Source of the DNA: Pavona decussata
Taxonomy: Eukaryota
NCBI GenBank assembly: GCA_977016875.1
Contig: CDRNST010000038.1
Location: forward strand, 2,108,001 to 2,172,000
Length of the DNA stretch: 64,000 bases
Reading direction: 5' to 3'
A program made the translations under genes and the position numbers. The notes under the pieces were generated by a model. It saw only the letters and a program-made list of their open reading frames with translations, was not told the DNA's origin and made no database searches. Of the stretch, positions 62,890 through 64,000 are shown one piece after another. Numbering within the stretch: position 1 is the stretch's first letter; each line of letters begins with the position of its first letter.

Positions 62890-63000
62890 TTTGGTTTCTT
62901 TAAGCGGAAGCGTGTAAAGAAGGAATACTCAGAGGAAGAGGTAACGCCGATGAGGACATTGGAACCCGGTGATGCGAGCCAAGGACCAGTTAATGTTTAG
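62890..63000 (+). CDS. Integrin alpha, copy 2, last coding exon (GFFKR tail)
   Basis: Duplicate of 19336-19446; N>D change; TAG stop. Confidence 0.87.
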   Translation, partial: FGFFKRKRVKKEYSEEEVTPMRTLEPGDASQGPVNV

Positions 63001-64000
63001 TAGAACTTAACGACTGCGACACAGTCTTTAAGTAAACCGTTAAGTAGTCCGTTACACGTCTTATATTTGGGGCCATTTTTTAGTAGTCCATGGCTTAATC
63101 AACCTCATGTGAAAATGAAATTTGGGTTTTTTTTAGACGAACAAGAGTCATGTCGTTTAGAAATTTTCTTTCAGTTCTTGTTAGGACTCACGTAGTGTCT
63201 CGCTATGAAAGGAATACAAAGGTCCCCGTCGATTTCAGTTGCACGTCAAAGCATGTAAACGAGATAAAAGTCAAACCTCACGAGGCTTGACCAAAGGACC
63301 TTTAAAAAGGGGAGATACTTTGTATATACTTTTGTATTGTTTCCTAAATGTTTAGTTACGGAAACATTTTTTTCTTTCAGAACCAAAGAAACAAAAAAGT
63401 AAATGTTTGCGATGAGCTAACAAATAATAATTATTTGAGAAGTCCCAGGGGCATCCCGTGATTCGTTTCGGTGAAACGTCAACTCACCCAAAGTTGCCTT
63501 TTAAGGGCCATAAATAATGTGGCGACGCCATTATGCTTTAATGTTCTAGTTGGGTGAGCCGACCTGTTACATACAAAACTACTGAAATATACGTCTGGGG
63601 ATGACGTGAAACGTTACAGCGGTTGATTGGGGTGGGGAGGGGGGAACGTCTGATGACAAACGCCGGTCAGTTAGCTACTTTGTTGCCAGGTGCCAACGCG
63701 TTTCCTGGAAAGAGCGGGAAAACAGGGGCGCAGGGCTTGAGGGGAATTCCTGAACCATTCCCGCGACACCATGCGCACCACGTGTGACTGAGTAGCAACA
63801 CACGATGACGAGGCAAGGCGTGAGGTTCGTTATTGTTATATGGCCATCATTTAAGAACAACTAACTTTTAGATATTTTGGTAATATCAATTTAAAAAGAT
63901 GTATTTATAATCTATTTTATCGCTTTGAAACGCGCGCAGAATTATAAAGTACCGTAGACTCAAATTATAGGAGTTTTGTAATTTAATTTATAAGTTTTAA

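Overview
Eukaryotic, AT-rich genomic DNA with four N-gaps; the gene and repeat content suggests a cnidarian, probably a stony coral (inference). (1) A tandem cluster of intronless class A GPCRs, all on +: five intact copies (2412, 7759, 10213, 27393, 36235), two pseudogenes (4-bp frameshift at ~42411; 1355-bp TIR transposon insertion at 51872) and two 5' stubs. (2) Spliced exons of an integrin alpha chain that the ORF track misses. The calf-2/TM/GFFKR exon block occurs twice (14078-19446, 57111-63000), and genu/calf-1 exons lie at 24025-25518. Splice phases indicate the GPCR cluster sits inside one integrin intron, on the same strand, and was co-duplicated with it. The second integrin copy appears headless and may be decaying. 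(3) Mobile DNA: two copies of a Penelope-like element with ~155-bp inverted repeats carrying minimal hammerhead ribozymes, a coiled-coil ORF1 and an in-frame A_AAA_AAC slippery site; a separate U3-A8 variant hammerhead; a Crypton-type tyrosine-recombinase element with a terminal palindrome; and several MITEs. All calls come from reading the sequence by eye; no searches were run.
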